Below, one piece after another: positions 13,415 to 27,632 of a stretch of DNA of 64,000 nucleotides (its first letter is position 1; every line of letters starts with the position of its first letter). The notes beneath the pieces were generated by a model, which saw only the letters and a list, made by a program, of their open reading frames with translations, ran no database searches and was not told the origin of the DNA. The position numbers were made by a program, and so were the translations under genes. Origin of the DNA: Octopus vulgaris (lineage: Eukaryota); the NCBI GenBank assembly GCA_951406725.2, contig OX597826.1, positions 80,786,001 through 80,850,000 on the forward strand. The letters are read 5' to 3'.

Positions 13415-14330
13415 CTATTGTGGCGAATTTACCGCTCCATTAACCACTACTGCCTGACTCCTATCTTTCAGGAAGTCATGTAACCACACTCCAAGTTTTC
13501 CAGCTATGCCGAGGTCACGCAGTTTGTGGCATATCATACCATGATCCACCTTGTCAAAAGCTTTTGCAAAATCAAGGTAGATTACGTCCACATTTGATTT
13601 GTTGAGTAACTGCCTCAACACCCAGTCATAATGTTGTAAGAGCTGGGTCAGGCAGCTCCTACCTGGTCGAAAACCATGCTGGGTATCACTCAGCAAGTTA
13701 TTTTCCTCAAGGAATGCGATTAGTTTCTTTCTGACTATCCGTTCCATGACTTTGCTGATGTGTGAAGTCAGAGAGATAGGCCTATAGTTTTTGGCATCTG
13801 CTCTACTTCCCCCTTTATGTATTGGGCATATTATTCCCTCCTTCAGCTTGCTTGGCAGTTTGCTATTCGCAAGAAAGCTCTGGAAGAGAATCTTGAGGGG
13901 TTTTGCCAGGGCATGCTGATACGCTTTGAGGAGGATGGCTGGGAAACCATCTGGACCAGCAGCTGAGTTTGTGTCCACTTCATCTATGGCTAGTAGGACA
14001 TCTTTTTCGCTAATGTCAATACATTCTATTGTAACCGCCTCGCTGGTTATAGGTGAGGCGGCAAAGAAGTCCACTGGTTCGTTCACTTGTCTGTGTTCCA
14101 ACGGGGTGGTAAAGACAATTTTGAACTGGTCATTCAGCATCTCACTGATCTTAGTTGGACTGTCTGTGAGGGAGCCATCCTTTTGGAGGAGGGGTCCTAT
14201 CTTGTAGTGCACTGAGACTGTTTCTTTCGCGTAATGAAAGAAGGCCTTTGGGTTTGATTTAATGATTTTTATAACCCAGGCTTCTTTGTCTGCTTTCTCC
14301 TTCACATAGGATTGTTGCAGCCTTTGCACG
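13415..14330 (-). pseudogene. Truncated LINE reverse transcriptase fragment (CR1/L2-type)
   Basis: Motifs AAGPDGFP, PIHKGGSR..KNYRPISLTS..SKVMERIV, QHGFRPGRSCLTQL and YLDFAKAFDKVDH are present. The fragment stops before the PQG and YADD motifs. Confidence 0.9.
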
Positions 14331-15099
14331 CACGCATACATACATACTTTGTATATTTCTAACGGACAAGATATAAATGAATGTGTTTATGGAGTAACGT
14401 GAGGTATTGTTTGTGAACACATCAGCTATTTGTCTGCTCTCGAATATATAACGTAATTGTATCTCCTCCAACGTTTATTTAGCAAACCTCCAAGATAACG
14501 TGTTGCAGACTAAATTGTTTGAGAGGTCTTGGTGTACAGAAAAGCCAATGTTTTTCTCGACTTTGGGAAAACCGAGACGTCTTTTATTCGATCTAACTTC
14601 TTATTATCCCGACTTTTCATGTTCTGCAAGCAACACATTCTTTCTTTCTGAATATCGTAAAGCAAGATGTAAACAGGAGTAGAAAAATAAATTTTGATAA
14701 CTTTAATTGATAGCGACAGAAGCGGTATTAATATACGAAACGGTAATCTCGATCTCGTTGGGGTTGTGTTAGAACAAAGAATACTGCGTTCTCTCATAAA
14801 GGACTAGTGGTGCATAAAAGCACACGTATCGCGTCCGCTACGGTGGCGGCGGCGGTGGCGACGGTGGCGGTGGCGGTGGTGGTGGTGGTAGTGGTGGTTT
14901 TGGTGGTGGTTGAGGAGGAGGAGGAGGAGGAGGAGGAGGAAGAAGACTTACAACCAAAGAAATATATCTCTTAATACAATAAATGTTTTTAACGATTACG
15001 GAACCAATGTTAACATGTAAATATTTTTGCACTCAAATTCTCGAAGTTGTGATTAACAAAAGAAATATTTATCTTGGAATTCAATTTATTTTCAAAACA

Positions 15100-15231
15100 C
15101 AACCAATGAGAAGCTTGCTTCGGTTCGATCCCATCGCGCAGCACCTTGGACAAATGTCTTCTCCTATAACCCGGGACGACTAAAGCTTTATGGCTGCATT
15201 TGGGAGACGGAAATTGAAAGAAGCTTATTAT

Positions 15232-15276
<45 letters not shown>

Positions 15277-15470
15277 CTGTCCGTCCGTCTGTCTGTCTGT
15301 CTGTCCGTTGCCCTTCACCGCTTGACAAGCAGTGTTGGTTTGTGTTTAAGTACCTGTAAAATACCGGACTTTAAAAGTACGGACTCGAATATATTTCTTC
15401 AACTGAAACCTTTCAAGGTGATGATCCAGTATGGCCGCTGCCCAATGACTGAAACAATTAAAAAAGATAA
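15100..15470 (+). mobile_element. Diverged SINE family B
   Basis: gcaccttggacaaatgtcttctcc core, internal (TG)n, and 3' end atgactgaaacaat. Confidence 0.65.
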
Positions 15471-15650
15471 AAATATTATTTTGGACCATCATGAATTTAT
15501 GCGGAAAAAATATAAGCCTCAATAGAGCCATAGCTGATGGCTGTGCCCCAGCATGGCCAAAGCCCACTCATGTTTTCATCATTCAATCTTTTACTTGTTT
15601 CAATCATTAGACTGCGACCATGCTGAGGTACTAAGTTGAAGGGTTTTCAC

Positions 15651-15854
15651 CAGTGGTTTGCAACCCTAACCCTTTGATTCCAATTTTACACTACTGAACA
15701 TCCGTGATCATTCGTCGTATATAAAAAGAATTCCTAAATGTTGTTATAAATCGTATAAATAATTGTTATATTATTCTGTGTAGAAATATAATTAATTTAT
15801 TGTTCGGAAATTTTAACAACAAAGTCTTATATGGACGTCACTTAAGAACCACTG
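15651..15854. mobile_element. hAT-type MITE nested in a SINE B copy (about 15570-16160, minus)
   Basis: Termini are cagtggtt...aaccactg. No clear TSD. Confidence 0.45.
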
Positions 15855-17867
15855 GATTAGTCGAATAATTCGACCCTAATAATTAATCTTTTAAAACCTG
15901 GCACTTATTCTATCGATCCTTTTTGCCGATCTGCTAAGTTAACAAATAACACCCGTTACCAAGCGGTGGGAGACAAACACAAAGACACACACACACACTT
16001 GTACATCTGTGTGTGTTTGACGGGCTTCGACACAATTTCTGCTTACAAAATTCACTCACTAGGCACTGGTCGAAAAAGACATTTGCCCAAAGTGCCGAGC
16101 AATGGGATTGAACCCGAAACCACATTGTTGCCAAGCGAGCTTCTTAACCATATAACCATATCTGCTCTTCTAAGTCAACCCTACCTCTATAACCACACAC
16201 ATTCCGTATGTAAGGTGTTTTATTAGATATTTTTTATTATCTGTTTCAGCCATCTGGTAGTTTTATTCATGATATCTGCAAACATGAATATCTTTACGTG
16301 CTTTTTGACGAGGGTGGTGTACAAAAGAAGACGTCCCCGCCCCTAGAGTATTAAGACGAAATGCGATGTAATTCGTGGGTCCATGGGTCACCTAATTTCT
16401 GGTGCTGCAGCACCCATAACACCTATCTAGAGACTGCTCTACCCTAGATAAAGCTCATGATAGGCGAGAAGAAGAGCCAGTAAGCTTGAAACCGTTTTTC
16501 TCTCAGACATTAAAAAGCAAATGATGATGATTCCTAATCTTAAGCGCTTCTCAAAAACGATTTTGAAAGCGCGTGGCCTAGTGGGTACGGCGTTGCACTA
16601 GCGATTCCAAGATCTGGATTTCAATTCCAGCCGCGAGCGGTGCTTTGCGTTTTACGTTGCTTCATTCCGCTCAGCTGTAACTGAGGATCTGGAGTCCCGT
16701 TCAGGGTGAATGTTGAGATCTCGGTCACTTAATTGCCATGGAAACCGAGTAACTGGCCCTATGAATCCTTGGACTCGAGACTATGCTTACATTTTTTTTT
16801 TTTTAGGGGAATTATTATTTCTTTATATTTAATAGTTTCTCTCTGACAGAAAGTCATTTGTTCGCTTGCTTGAGCATCCCGGTGTCTATCTCCATTCTGT
16901 TTTCTCTGTTCACAAATTGTCTTCACGTCCCAATTGCATTCGGCAAACTGGTCTGCTCTGACGAGCAGTATCTAGTGGGGTGTGTGGAAAGTGTTCTTGC
17001 AGCTGTCTCCTTCAATCTGGAATAACGACAGTTGACAGGTCAGCTTTTTAGACTTGTAGTAATGATATACTAAAATTACAATAACCGAGGACAGTTATTA
17101 TGACTGCCTCTCCTAAAAAAGTCTCAAAACTTCTGGAATGCACCTCGTACAGGATTGCTGTTTTTCAGAGTTTCCTGATTTGGTTAGACAAAGTCAAAAT
17201 ACTCGACGGGTTTGAAAATATATTTTGAGACATCGAACTAATAAATGAGAATATTTAGTTCTTTATTTAGAACTAACCAAGACTAAAGAGAGAAAAACTC
17301 GCAGGAAAAGCTAACAACACCAATCGCTTCGTGTCAGAGTTTATTAGGATATTGTCAGTATTTATTAGGAGAGAGCAGGAGTTTAAACGTTGAGGACTTT
17401 TTCATAATTGCATAAGACCAGTGTCTATTCAGAAGAAATTGCAGAAGTTAATATGATGGTACATGGTGGCGCTATGGACAGAATAGCAGGATTACTCCCC
17501 CTAATTGGTTGATTGCTAAGAATCTTGCTAAGAAGAAAGGTATCAAAAGAATATTTTGCTCACGAACTCGAGCAAAGTCTAAACTCATGTAATGCCGCTA
17601 AAGCAAGAAGACCATGGCACTTCGTTATTTTGTTTCCGATACAACGCAAATATCTTAATTACATTATTTATTTATTCTAAATTTCTCAGTTATCAACTCA
17701 TCTGTGTTTGGGATAAAAAGATGAAAGAAAACAGTTTGTAATGCAATTACATCTTCATTTGCACATCCTCACATGTTCCCATCATTCCTTGCGAAATGGC
17801 GTCACTAGACGCATAAAAGAAAAAAAAAAGATCCTCAGACGCCATTTTTAACAAAACAAAATTCTGT

Positions 17868-17938
17868 TTAGATAGATAGATAGATAGATAGATGGATAGA
17901 TAGATGGATGGATAGATAGATAGATAGATAGATAGATG

Positions 17939-17999
<61 letters not shown>

Positions 18000-18010
18000 A
18001 TAGATGGATG

Positions 18011-18081
<71 letters not shown>

Positions 18082-18180
18082 TGATGGATGGATGGATGGA
18101 TGGATGGATGGATGGATGGATGGATGGATTGATAGATAGATGGATAGATAGATAGATAGATGGATGGATGGATGGATGGA
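17868..18180. repeat. (GATA)n/(GGAT)n microsatellite
   Basis: Visible directly. Confidence 0.95.
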
Positions 18181-18209
18181 CACTTGCTTATATACACATA
18201 TATGTGTGC

Positions 18210-18263
<54 letters not shown>

Positions 18264-18767
18264 GAAGCATCTTCCATCATGAAGTTATTTTCAAGAATGT
18301 TTTTCATTTAATTCGCTTCCTAAAATCATTGGTATATAAATAGAATTGCTTTTATTCCTTGATTTCATGTAAAAAAAAAAAAAACCCCAACGACTGAAAG
18401 CCTTGCCTAATCCATTCCATCTGGAATAAATTTTCACTTTTTTATATATGTATGTATGTATGTACGCATGTTTATACGCATGTACGTATATGTGTGTCTG
18501 TATACTTGCGGGTCATTGGTTTCAGCCATGATCATGCTCCCGAAATTCCACGAGGTAAAAAAAGCATAATTTTTAAAACCCGGTCAGGTTAACGCTACGT
18601 TTGTAAGTAAAAGGTGTTTCTCTTATTTATAACTGAAAAAAAATAAACCAGTTACTGATTTAGGGTGGTAGAGTCGGCATAATTTTAGAAGAAAATGTTT
18701 AAAAAGAAATTTTAAACGGTCTTCTGCGCCTGCACGTCTGTTGTTGACGGCGCCACATGTATGTATG

Positions 18768-19605
18768 TTATTCAGTTTATTTCAAGATTTCTTGCCAGAG
18801 AAAAAGAGCCGGTTTCTAACCTAGACACAAGGCCCCTTCATTGGAATATCGACATCAGGGTATTAGTGCATGTTTGTACGAATATTCCCAATATTTGAAG
18901 TGAGTTGATACCAAGACTTGTGTTTTGTTTTATGTATGTATTCTCATACACATAGTTATATGTCTTGACTTCAACGTTAAACTTCTAAAATGTTTTATAA
19001 ATTTTGACAGTTCCAGTGATGGCTTGAATTTGTAATCTTCGAATTAGCTTTTATCCTTCTGGTTTTGAGAAGCCTAATTTCTCAAGATTAGTGCGCGGGT
19101 AGTTTGTTACATATCCCAGTGTCCCAATAATTGCAAATATAATCCAGGTAGAGTAACTGTAAACTTCTCAATAGTTCAGCCTAGGTATTTTCTTTTTCGC
19201 AGATCTTTTAGCTTTATGTTGATATCCATTTGAGAAATGATTTCGACAACCGTTCAGAGTTTCTCTTCTCTGACTCAAATCACTTGTCGGATCTATTATG
19301 TTTACAATTTACTGGGGCTTTCGCTGGGGTAATCTTTCATATCATGAGTGGCTATCGCCTCGGCCATACTGTAGGTTCTTATCTCTTTGGCCTCGACAGC
19401 AACATCTTCTCTTATTCGTAGATAATAACATTTTTTGACAACTGCTTATGATACGAGTAATAATTTCAGTGTTAAATTCATATGGTGTGCATTGGTTATC
19501 ACATTTTGGTGTTTTCCTGTGTCGTCTCTGTCCGTTTTGTGCATCAAGTATTTGGCTGCTATTTCTTGTTCCTGGATTGCAACCGGATACACTTCAAAGT
19601 AGTTT
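18768..19605 (-). mobile_element. Degenerate 3' part of an R4/Dong-like RLE non-LTR retrotransposon
   Basis: Minus-strand peptides FEVYPVAIQEQEIAAKYL and IIGTLGYVT..NLEKLGFSKP are homologous to 53690-54548. CATA repeats lie at both junctions. Confidence 0.7.
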
Positions 19606-19612
19606 ATGTATG

Positions 19613-19644
<32 letters not shown>

Positions 19645-19949
19645 AATGTATGTATGTATGTATGTATGTATGTATGTGTGTATGTATGTATGTATGTATG
19701 TATGTATGTATGTATGTATGTATGTATGTATGTTTGTATGTGTGTGTGTATGTATGTGTGTGTGTATGTATGTATGTGTGTATGTGTGTGTATGTATGTG
19801 TGTGTGTATGTATGTATGTATGTGTGTGTATGTATGTGTGTGTATGTATGTATGTATGTACGTATGCATTCATGCATGTATGCATGTATGTGTGTGTGTA
19901 TGTGTGTATGTATGTATGTGTGTGTGTATGTATGTATGTATGTATGTAT

Positions 19950-20155
19950 GTGCAGATTTGTATGTTTTATGTATGTATTCTCGTGCATATAGCTGCATAT
20001 CTAGACATGCTCATATATACATAAACGACAAACTTCTGAAAAGTTTTGCAGATTTTTACAGTTCTAGTGAAGGATTGGATCTGTAATCTTCGAATTAGAT
20101 TTCTTCTTTTTGGTTTTGAGAAGCCTAATTTCTCAAGATTGTTATTTAGGCAGTG
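19950..20155 (-). mobile_element. Short 5'-truncated RLE LINE end embedded in (CATA)n
   Basis: HCLNNNLEKLGFSKPKRRNLIRRLQIQSFTRTVKICKTFQKF matches the C-terminus of the other copies. Both flanks are (TATG)n on the plus strand. Confidence 0.75.
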
Positions 20156-21700
20156 TGTATGAATGTATGTATGAATGTATGTATGCATGTATGTATGTAT
20201 GTATGTATGTATGTATGTATGTATGTATGTATGTATGTATGTATGTATGTATGTATGTATGTATGTATGTATGTATGCATGTATGTATGTATGTATGTAT
20301 GTATGTATGTATGTATGTATGTATGTATGTATGTATGAATGTATGTATGTATGTATGTATGTATGTATGTATGTATGTATGTATGTATGTATGTATGTAT
20401 GTATGTATGTATGTATGTATGTATGTATGTATGTATGTATGTATGTATGTATGTATGTATGTATGTATGTATGTATGTATGTATGTATGTATGTATGTAT
20501 GTATGTATGTATGTATGCATGTATGTATGAATGTATGTATGCATGTATGTATGTATGTATGTATGTATGTATGTATGTATGTATGTATGTATGTATGTAT
20601 GTATGTATGTATGTATGTATGTATGTATGTATGTATGTATGTATGTATGTATGTATGTATGTATGAATGTATGTATGCATGTATGTATGAATGTATGTAT
20701 GTATGTATGTATGTATGTATGTATGCATGTATGTATGAATGTATGTATGTATGTATGTATGTATGTATGTATGTATGTATGTATGTATGTATGTATGTAT
20801 GTATGTATGTATGTATGTATGTATGTATGTATGTATGTATGTATGTATGTATGAATGTATGTATGCATGTATGTATGTATGTATGTATGCATGTATGTAT
20901 GTATGTATGTATGTATGTATGTATGTATGTATGTATGTATGTATGTATGTATGTATGTATGTATGTATGTATGTATGTATGTATGTATGTATGTATGTAT
21001 GTATGTATGTATGTATGTATGTATGTATGTATGTATGTATGTATGTATGTATGTATGTATGTATGTATGTATGTATGTATGTATGTATGTATGTATGTAT
21101 GTATGTATGTATGTATGTATGTATGTATGTATGTATGTATGTATGTATGTATGTATGTATGTATGTATGTATGTATGTATGTATGTATGTATGTATGTAT
21201 GTATGTATGCATGTATGTATGAATGTATGTATGCATGTATGTATGTATGTATGTACGTATGTATGTATGTATGTATGTATGTATGTATGTATGTATGTAT
21301 GTATGTATGTATGTATGTATGCATGTATGTATGAATGTATGTATGCATGTATGTATGTATGTATGTATGCATGTATGTATGAATGTATGTATGAATGTAT
21401 GTATGCATGTATGTATGTATGTATGTATGAATGTATGTATGTATGTATGTATGTATGTATGTATGTATGTATGTATGTATGTATGCATGTATGTATGAAT
21501 GTATGTATGCATGTATGTATGTATGTATGTATGAATGTATGTATGCATGTATGTATGTATGTATGTATGTATGTATGTATGTATGTATGTATGTATGTAT
21601 GAATGTATGTATGCATGTATGTATGTATGTATGTATGTATGTATGTATGTATGTATGTATGTATGTATGTATGTATGTATGTATGTATGTATGCACGTAC
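20156..21700. repeat. (TATG)n microsatellite of about 1.55 kb with recurring GAAT/GCAT variant units
   Basis: Visible directly. It is the source of the 370-550 aa pseudo-ORFs. Confidence 0.97.
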
Positions 21701-21851
21701 GTACGTACGTGCATATATATGTATGTATATTTCTTTGGTATTAATAATTCACGCCGATCACTAAGTGGCTTTTTAGCTTAAATCGAAACAGTTCTTGGTG
21801 CTTGTGGTTTCCTGAATTAGTTGATGATGTATGCATATATATATATGCGTG

Positions 21852-21914
<63 letters not shown>

Positions 21915-22153
21915 CGCGTCTGAATAAACTTACAGTGGTATGAATCATTACAGAACACGAATTCGTACGGACCATTACTATTTATGAGGAAGCGTGCATA
22001 TGTAAATCCTGTGTTGCCAGATGGTCCCTGAGCAGATACTGCTCGAGCATTTGGCACCGCTGCCCTCACTTTGACGAAATAAAGTCGACCATGTTGAAAG
22101 AGGGAGAGTTCTGAGCGTTGGCAGTGAGACGGGAAAGTCTCCCAACAGAATGT

Positions 22154-22199
<46 letters not shown>

Positions 22200-22216
22200 T
22201 GATGATGATGATGATG

Positions 22217-22285
22217 GAGGTCATCTGTGAACCGGAAGACGTTGTTGAAATATCCGTTTATCTGACTTCGCTTCTTGACTCTGTC
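22217..22285 (-). pseudogene. Possible remnant of a Penelope-like RT catalytic motif
   Basis: Minus strand reads YFNNVFRFTDDL, resembling the FN.TFRY(I/V)DDL motif of PLE RTs. It is only about 20 codons, between microsatellites. Confidence 0.35.
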
Positions 22286-22297
22286 TGTTTGTCTCTT

Positions 22298-22344
<47 letters not shown>

Positions 22345-22355
<11 letters not shown>

Positions 22356-22810
22356 ACACACACTTCCCTCTTGTATTTCTCTCTCTCCCTCCCTCTCTCT
22401 CTCTTTCACACACACTTCCCTCTTGTATTTCTCTCTCTCTCTCTCTCTCTTTCACACACACTTCTCTTTTCTATTTCTCTCTCTCTCCCTCTCTCTCTCC
22501 CTCTCTCTCTCTCTTTCACACACACTTCCCTCTTGTAGTTCTCTCTCTCTCTCTCTCCCTCCCTCTCTCTCTCTCTTTCACACACACTTCCCTCTTGTAG
22601 TTCTCTCTCTCTCTCTCTCTTTCACACACACTTCCCTTTTGTATTTCTCTCTCTCTCCCTCCCTCTCTCTCTCTCTTTCACACACACTTCTCTCTTCTAT
22701 TTCTCTCTCTCTCCCTCTCTCTCCCTCCCTCTCTCTCTCTTTCACACACACTTCCCTCTTGTATTTCTCTCTCTCCCTCCCCCTCTCTCTCCCCCTCTCT
22801 CTCTCTCCCT
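22345..22810. repeat. Minisatellite with units of about 45-60 bp (ctctctttcacacacacttccctcttgtatttctctc)
   Basis: About 8 imperfect units with (CT)n of variable length. Confidence 0.9.
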
Positions 22811-22829
22811 CAACAAGCTCGGCAACAGC

Positions 22830-23020
22830 AAAGGTGTATCAGAGTATGTGAAAAAAAATGCAAAGATCGAGCGGTATGAAAACTTCAAGAGAGAAATTTA
22901 CAAAATGTGCAAAATAGAAAAAGCTAGAAGCCCTATCAGCCGGCAGCGGTGAGTGCCGACCTCTTCAGTCGATGGTTCCATTACGAATACCTGGGATTCT
23001 GAGGAAAGTCTTTGAAATAT
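22830..23020 (+). mobile_element. Degenerate RLE-domain fragment of a second R4/Dong-like family
   Basis: Reads KNAKIERYENFKREIYKM...GILRKVFEI. A related end (LQKSAIL..RILRKILEI) at 23480-23565 follows the (TAG)n/(CAG)n tract. Confidence 0.45.
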
Positions 23021-23117
23021 ATGAAGAAGGGAAAAGAATCTAAGGAACTTTTAGTCATTTCTTATCACTCACTCTCTTAGCATAAAATAATTGGCTTAAG
23101 ACTGCTCTGTTGAAAAG

Positions 23118-23478
<361 letters not shown>

Positions 23479-23879
23479 GATATTGGAATTTGAGACATGC
23501 TTTGTCGACTTACAGAAAAGTGCTATTCTGTCAGAATCCTGAGAAAGATTCTTGAGATTGGAGTTAAGTTGTTAACGCGAAATCTCAGGATGATATCTCT
23601 GTTAATTAAATTAGCGTAAACAGCTTTTGAGAAAAAAAAATAAAATAAAATAAAATTATGACAATGGTTTCGTGTTTTGGCACGAGAGCAGCAATGTCGG
23701 GGTCCTGGGGTGAATCGATTACATCCATTCCAGTGTTCAACTGGTACTTACTTTATCGACCCCGAAATGATGAGAAGCAAAGTCGACTCCGGTGATATTT
23801 GAACACAGAAGGCAAAATCAGAAGAAATGCCGCTAAGCATTTCGTCCTGCGAATAATAATAATAATAATAGTAATAAAT

Positions 23880-24423
23880 TCCCTGATGCAGTACCGGACA
23901 GTGACTCTCATCTTAACTGATTGGAAGTGTTATTATGTACATTGTTTTGTCTTGGTACAAAAAACGGACGACAGCAAATATTCTGCTCAATACGACAGAT
24001 TTGCTTGTCAATTGTTTGACCTTAACCAGTTGAGCATGTCCCGTAGTGGCTGACGATATGTGCATCTCTGATCACGAGCAGAAGTAGTGGGGGAGCATCA
24101 TAGCCATGTGGTGAAAGGAATTCTTGGAGGTTTGAATAATTTACCTTTGGGAACATGAGTGGTTCATTCAATATCCTTAAACAATCCTTATTCAGGGACC
24201 TTTTGAGCAGGCTGGGCTACTCGACCAGAAGAAAATTCTAACTGGGCCCCACCTGCAAGGTCATGCGCTGTTTATCTTGATGTGAGATCACCATGTCGCG
24301 CACACATGGTTGTGATGCATGTGCCTAGTGTACTCTTATCAGACGGGTAGTCATGATGGGTATACTGGGTTTCGTATATTTTACCCAAGTGTCACTTTGA
24401 TGGCATGCACTGCTCTCGCACTC

Positions 24424-24460
<37 letters not shown>
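23880..24460 (+). mobile_element. Non-coding interspersed repeat ending in (TAA)n (probable retroposon 3' region)
   Basis: Flanked by (TAA)n. A diverged reverse-complement copy lies at about 33710-34175. Confidence 0.6.
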
Positions 24461-24462
<2 letters not shown>

Positions 24463-24531
24463 TCTTTCCTTTTCCCCTTTATTTGTTTACTTTTCTATTC
24501 AATGGAAACAATTATGCTAATGAAAATGATG

Positions 24532-24567
<36 letters not shown>

Positions 24568-24738
24568 ATGGTGGTGGTGGTCGTCGTCGTCGTTGTCGTC
24601 TGCGATTTGTTTTCTTTATACGTACGTATAGATTGTTGGGTGTCGATAAGTGGAGATGTGTTTGTTTCTTGTTTTGTTTTTCCAAGTTGATTTCGTTTTA
24701 CTCATTGTTTAAAAATCACGTGAGAATCTCACCAAAAT

Positions 24739-24770
<32 letters not shown>

Positions 24771-25344
24771 TTTAGTAGTAGTTTTCTTGATAATTATGTA
24801 GTAAGCTATGTAAAATATCTCCTCTGAAGTCGAAAGCCTCCCTGAGAAATTCCCCATCACATCTTTCCACATTTCTCTTTCAAGTTACACTAAAAAGCCG
24901 AAACAACAAATCTCTAACAAATCGTGGAATTTATCATTATTTTTATTTTCTATTTTCAAAACTGTGGTATTTAAAAAATATTTTTCGATTTTCTCTGAAC
25001 ATTCTTTATCATTTATTCGAAATTTTTCTTTCTTCTACAATATTTTTCCTTTGAAAACTTTTAGTTATTTTTATCTACTTTAGTTGTACGTTGAGGGCGG
25101 GAGTATTTGGGAATAAAATTACAAGGTTCTGGATTTCGGGCTGATGTGGATTTTCAGCTGTTGATTGGACAACCTGCAAGTCTCATGGATCGAATAGTCT
25201 TAACAAACAATTTCTGGATGGTGGTGCCACATCCGGCTGTCAGAGGTCTGGCGCAGTTTACGAATTTCTGACTATTCCTGTCGAAGAAACAAAAGAAAAC
25301 AAATTAAATGTGATGCAATTTCAGTTTTATAAGATTTTCCTTCC

Positions 25345-25394
<50 letters not shown>

Positions 25395-25549
25395 TCTCTC
25401 TCTATCTATCTATCTCTCTCTCTCTCTCTCTCTCCCTCTCTCTCTCTCTATCTCTCTATCTCTCTATCTCTCTCTCCCCCTCTCTCTATCTCTATCTCTC
25501 TCTCTATCTCTCTACCTCTCTATCTCTATCTCTCTCTCTGAACATATTA

Positions 25550-26800
25550 GTATTATATGTATACCGGGAGTATGTCCATAGTTGTCCATAGATATCCTCT
25601 TTTTCTTTGATTTTCAAAGAGATATTTATATCTGCAGGGCAGCTAACATCTACGATGGTACATACTTTTGCCCCTCTGTCCCAAACAACAATATTTGGCC
25701 TGTTATGCTTACATGTGGCAGAAGTTTTGATGGGAATATTCCACCAGTATTCTTTGAGTTGGTGTTTATGAATGTATTTCCATAACAGAGGGGTTTTCTA
25801 GGTTTACTTCAGGGCAGTCGTTCTTGCGGGTGGTATTGATTTAGCACCAACATCGTGCCGCATACGGAGGTAGTACCGTGACGTCATTTTAAGACAGCTG
25901 TTAATCACATGCGTGATGTCTTCCACAGAAACATGACGTAGCCGACACATGTGGTTGTACCTTGGGATTACAAGAGCGGCACCGTTTCTTTTGTTTACCA
26001 GATACTTCCTGGATTGGAAACGCCTAACCCTCAAAGTGTGATGTAGTGGTCTTGTGTCCAAGAGAGGCTGCGCTTCGTGTCAATTCTACTGTCTTCTTCG
26101 AGCTTCCGGGCAACATATCCGTGCATAGTCTTTTTTTTCTTTTTTTGTATGCCGAGTGCTTTCCATCCAGGTCTTCTCTGGGGTAAGAGAGCCCAGCTGT
26201 TTGGGGTCTGTTCAGGAGATCATCAGGAAAAGAGTTTTTCTTGAGGAGTTCACTGCCAACTCGTACACTGTTGCACACTTCACTTTTCAGCGCTGCATTT
26301 ATATATATATTCTTGTTCCTGTTGTTTAGCATTCGAAGGCCGTCTGCACTGACCTCAGGCCTCTACCACCTTCATTTCTTCTTAGGTAGAGCCTGTCAAC
26401 ATCACTGTTTCTGTGGAGGTTCACAGTTGTTGTCAGGATTTTGCAGGTTTTGATATCTATGGAGTGGATTTCCTCTACAGACCAATCAAGTACCCCAAAT
26501 GTTGGGATCAGCACTCGAACTGTAAATGCATTGTGGGATATTGTTTTGTTGTAAGAGGAAAGTTCCGAAAGTCACATTCTCCTAAGTCTGATGTAATGTT
26601 CTCGGGTCACTCAATCTGTATTCACAGTGCCTTCATACGATACATTCTCGTCTGTGCTTAGGTACTTGTAACATTCTTTGTGTGGAATAGGAGAGACAGA
26701 GGCTGTTAATGTGCAGGTTTTGGGTTTGGGGGACTGACTTTCTTCGTTCTATAAACAAATATGAATATTTCTTTTGGCCAAATACCATGCCTATATCGGC
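25550..26800 (-). mobile_element. Degenerate R4/Dong-like RLE LINE fragment (RT C-terminus, zinc knuckle, start of RLE)
   Basis: Contains LHRNSDVDRLYLRRNEGGRGL and MCRLRHVSVEDITHVINSC..YYLRMRHDV. It is frameshifted, and its 5' junction is in (CATA)n at 26801. Confidence 0.8.
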
Positions 26801-27470
26801 TGTATGTATGTATGTATGTATGTATGTATGTATGTATGTATGTATGTATGTATGTATGTATGTATGTATGTATGTATGTATGTATGGGCGTGTGTGAAAG
26901 TAAAGCTGTAAATCGATTTACCTGCAAATCTTGTCAAAGGTTTCTGAAGACTTGTAGTTAAAAATCAACATTTTCACACAGTCCATGGCCCGGTACATGT
27001 TACAAAGACCAGCACCTTCAAGACCGCCAACAAGTACTGTGGGGGGCAAAACAGAAATTAACGTAAAATTATTATTTCAGGCAGACATTTACAAAGAATG
27101 TGTTTATTTACTGTTCTCAGATATGAGTCATATCTGAGAACAGTAATCTACATAACAAATGTGTATTTTTTATGCTTTGCTCGCTTAAGGTGTTAGACTG
27201 CGGCCATGCTGGAGCACCGCCTTTAGTCGAACAAATCAACCCCAGGACTTATTCTTTATAAGCGTAGTACTTATTCTATCGGTGTCTTTTGCCAAGCCGC
27301 TACGTTACAGGGACGTAAACACGCCAACATCGGTTGTCAAGTGATGTTGGGGTTACAAATGCACACACACACACAAATATACACATATATACGGCAGTCT
27401 TCTTTCAGTTTCTGTGTACGAAATCCACTCACAAGGCTTTGGTCGGCCTGAGGCTATAGCATATATACAT

Positions 27471-27501
<31 letters not shown>

Positions 27502-27534
27502 CACACACATATGTGTGTATATATATATATATAC

Positions 27535-27625
<91 letters not shown>

Positions 27626-27632
27626 AATTAAG

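Noticed and set aside
14400-14471. Ty1/copia RNase H-like peptide IQLRYIFESRQIADVFT (minus strand)
   Set aside because: It is suggestive but only about 17 residues, with no other recognisable copia motif or LTR.
16950-17005. CTGACGA...GAAA hammerhead candidate
   Set aside because: No convincing stem II or stem III.
17070-17650. Possible decayed Tc1/mariner transposase
   Set aside because: No diagnostic motif or TIR could be read.
19446-21781. Long ORFs (up to 549 aa) of HTYI/MYVC repeats
   Set aside because: They are translations of the (TATG)n microsatellite. The same applies to the poly-V, YI, CV, LS and IYLS ORFs throughout the window.
22345-22810. Repeat-spacer-like array (CRISPR-like)
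   Set aside because: The spacers are just variable (CT)n, the context is eukaryotic, and there are no cas genes. It is a minisatellite.
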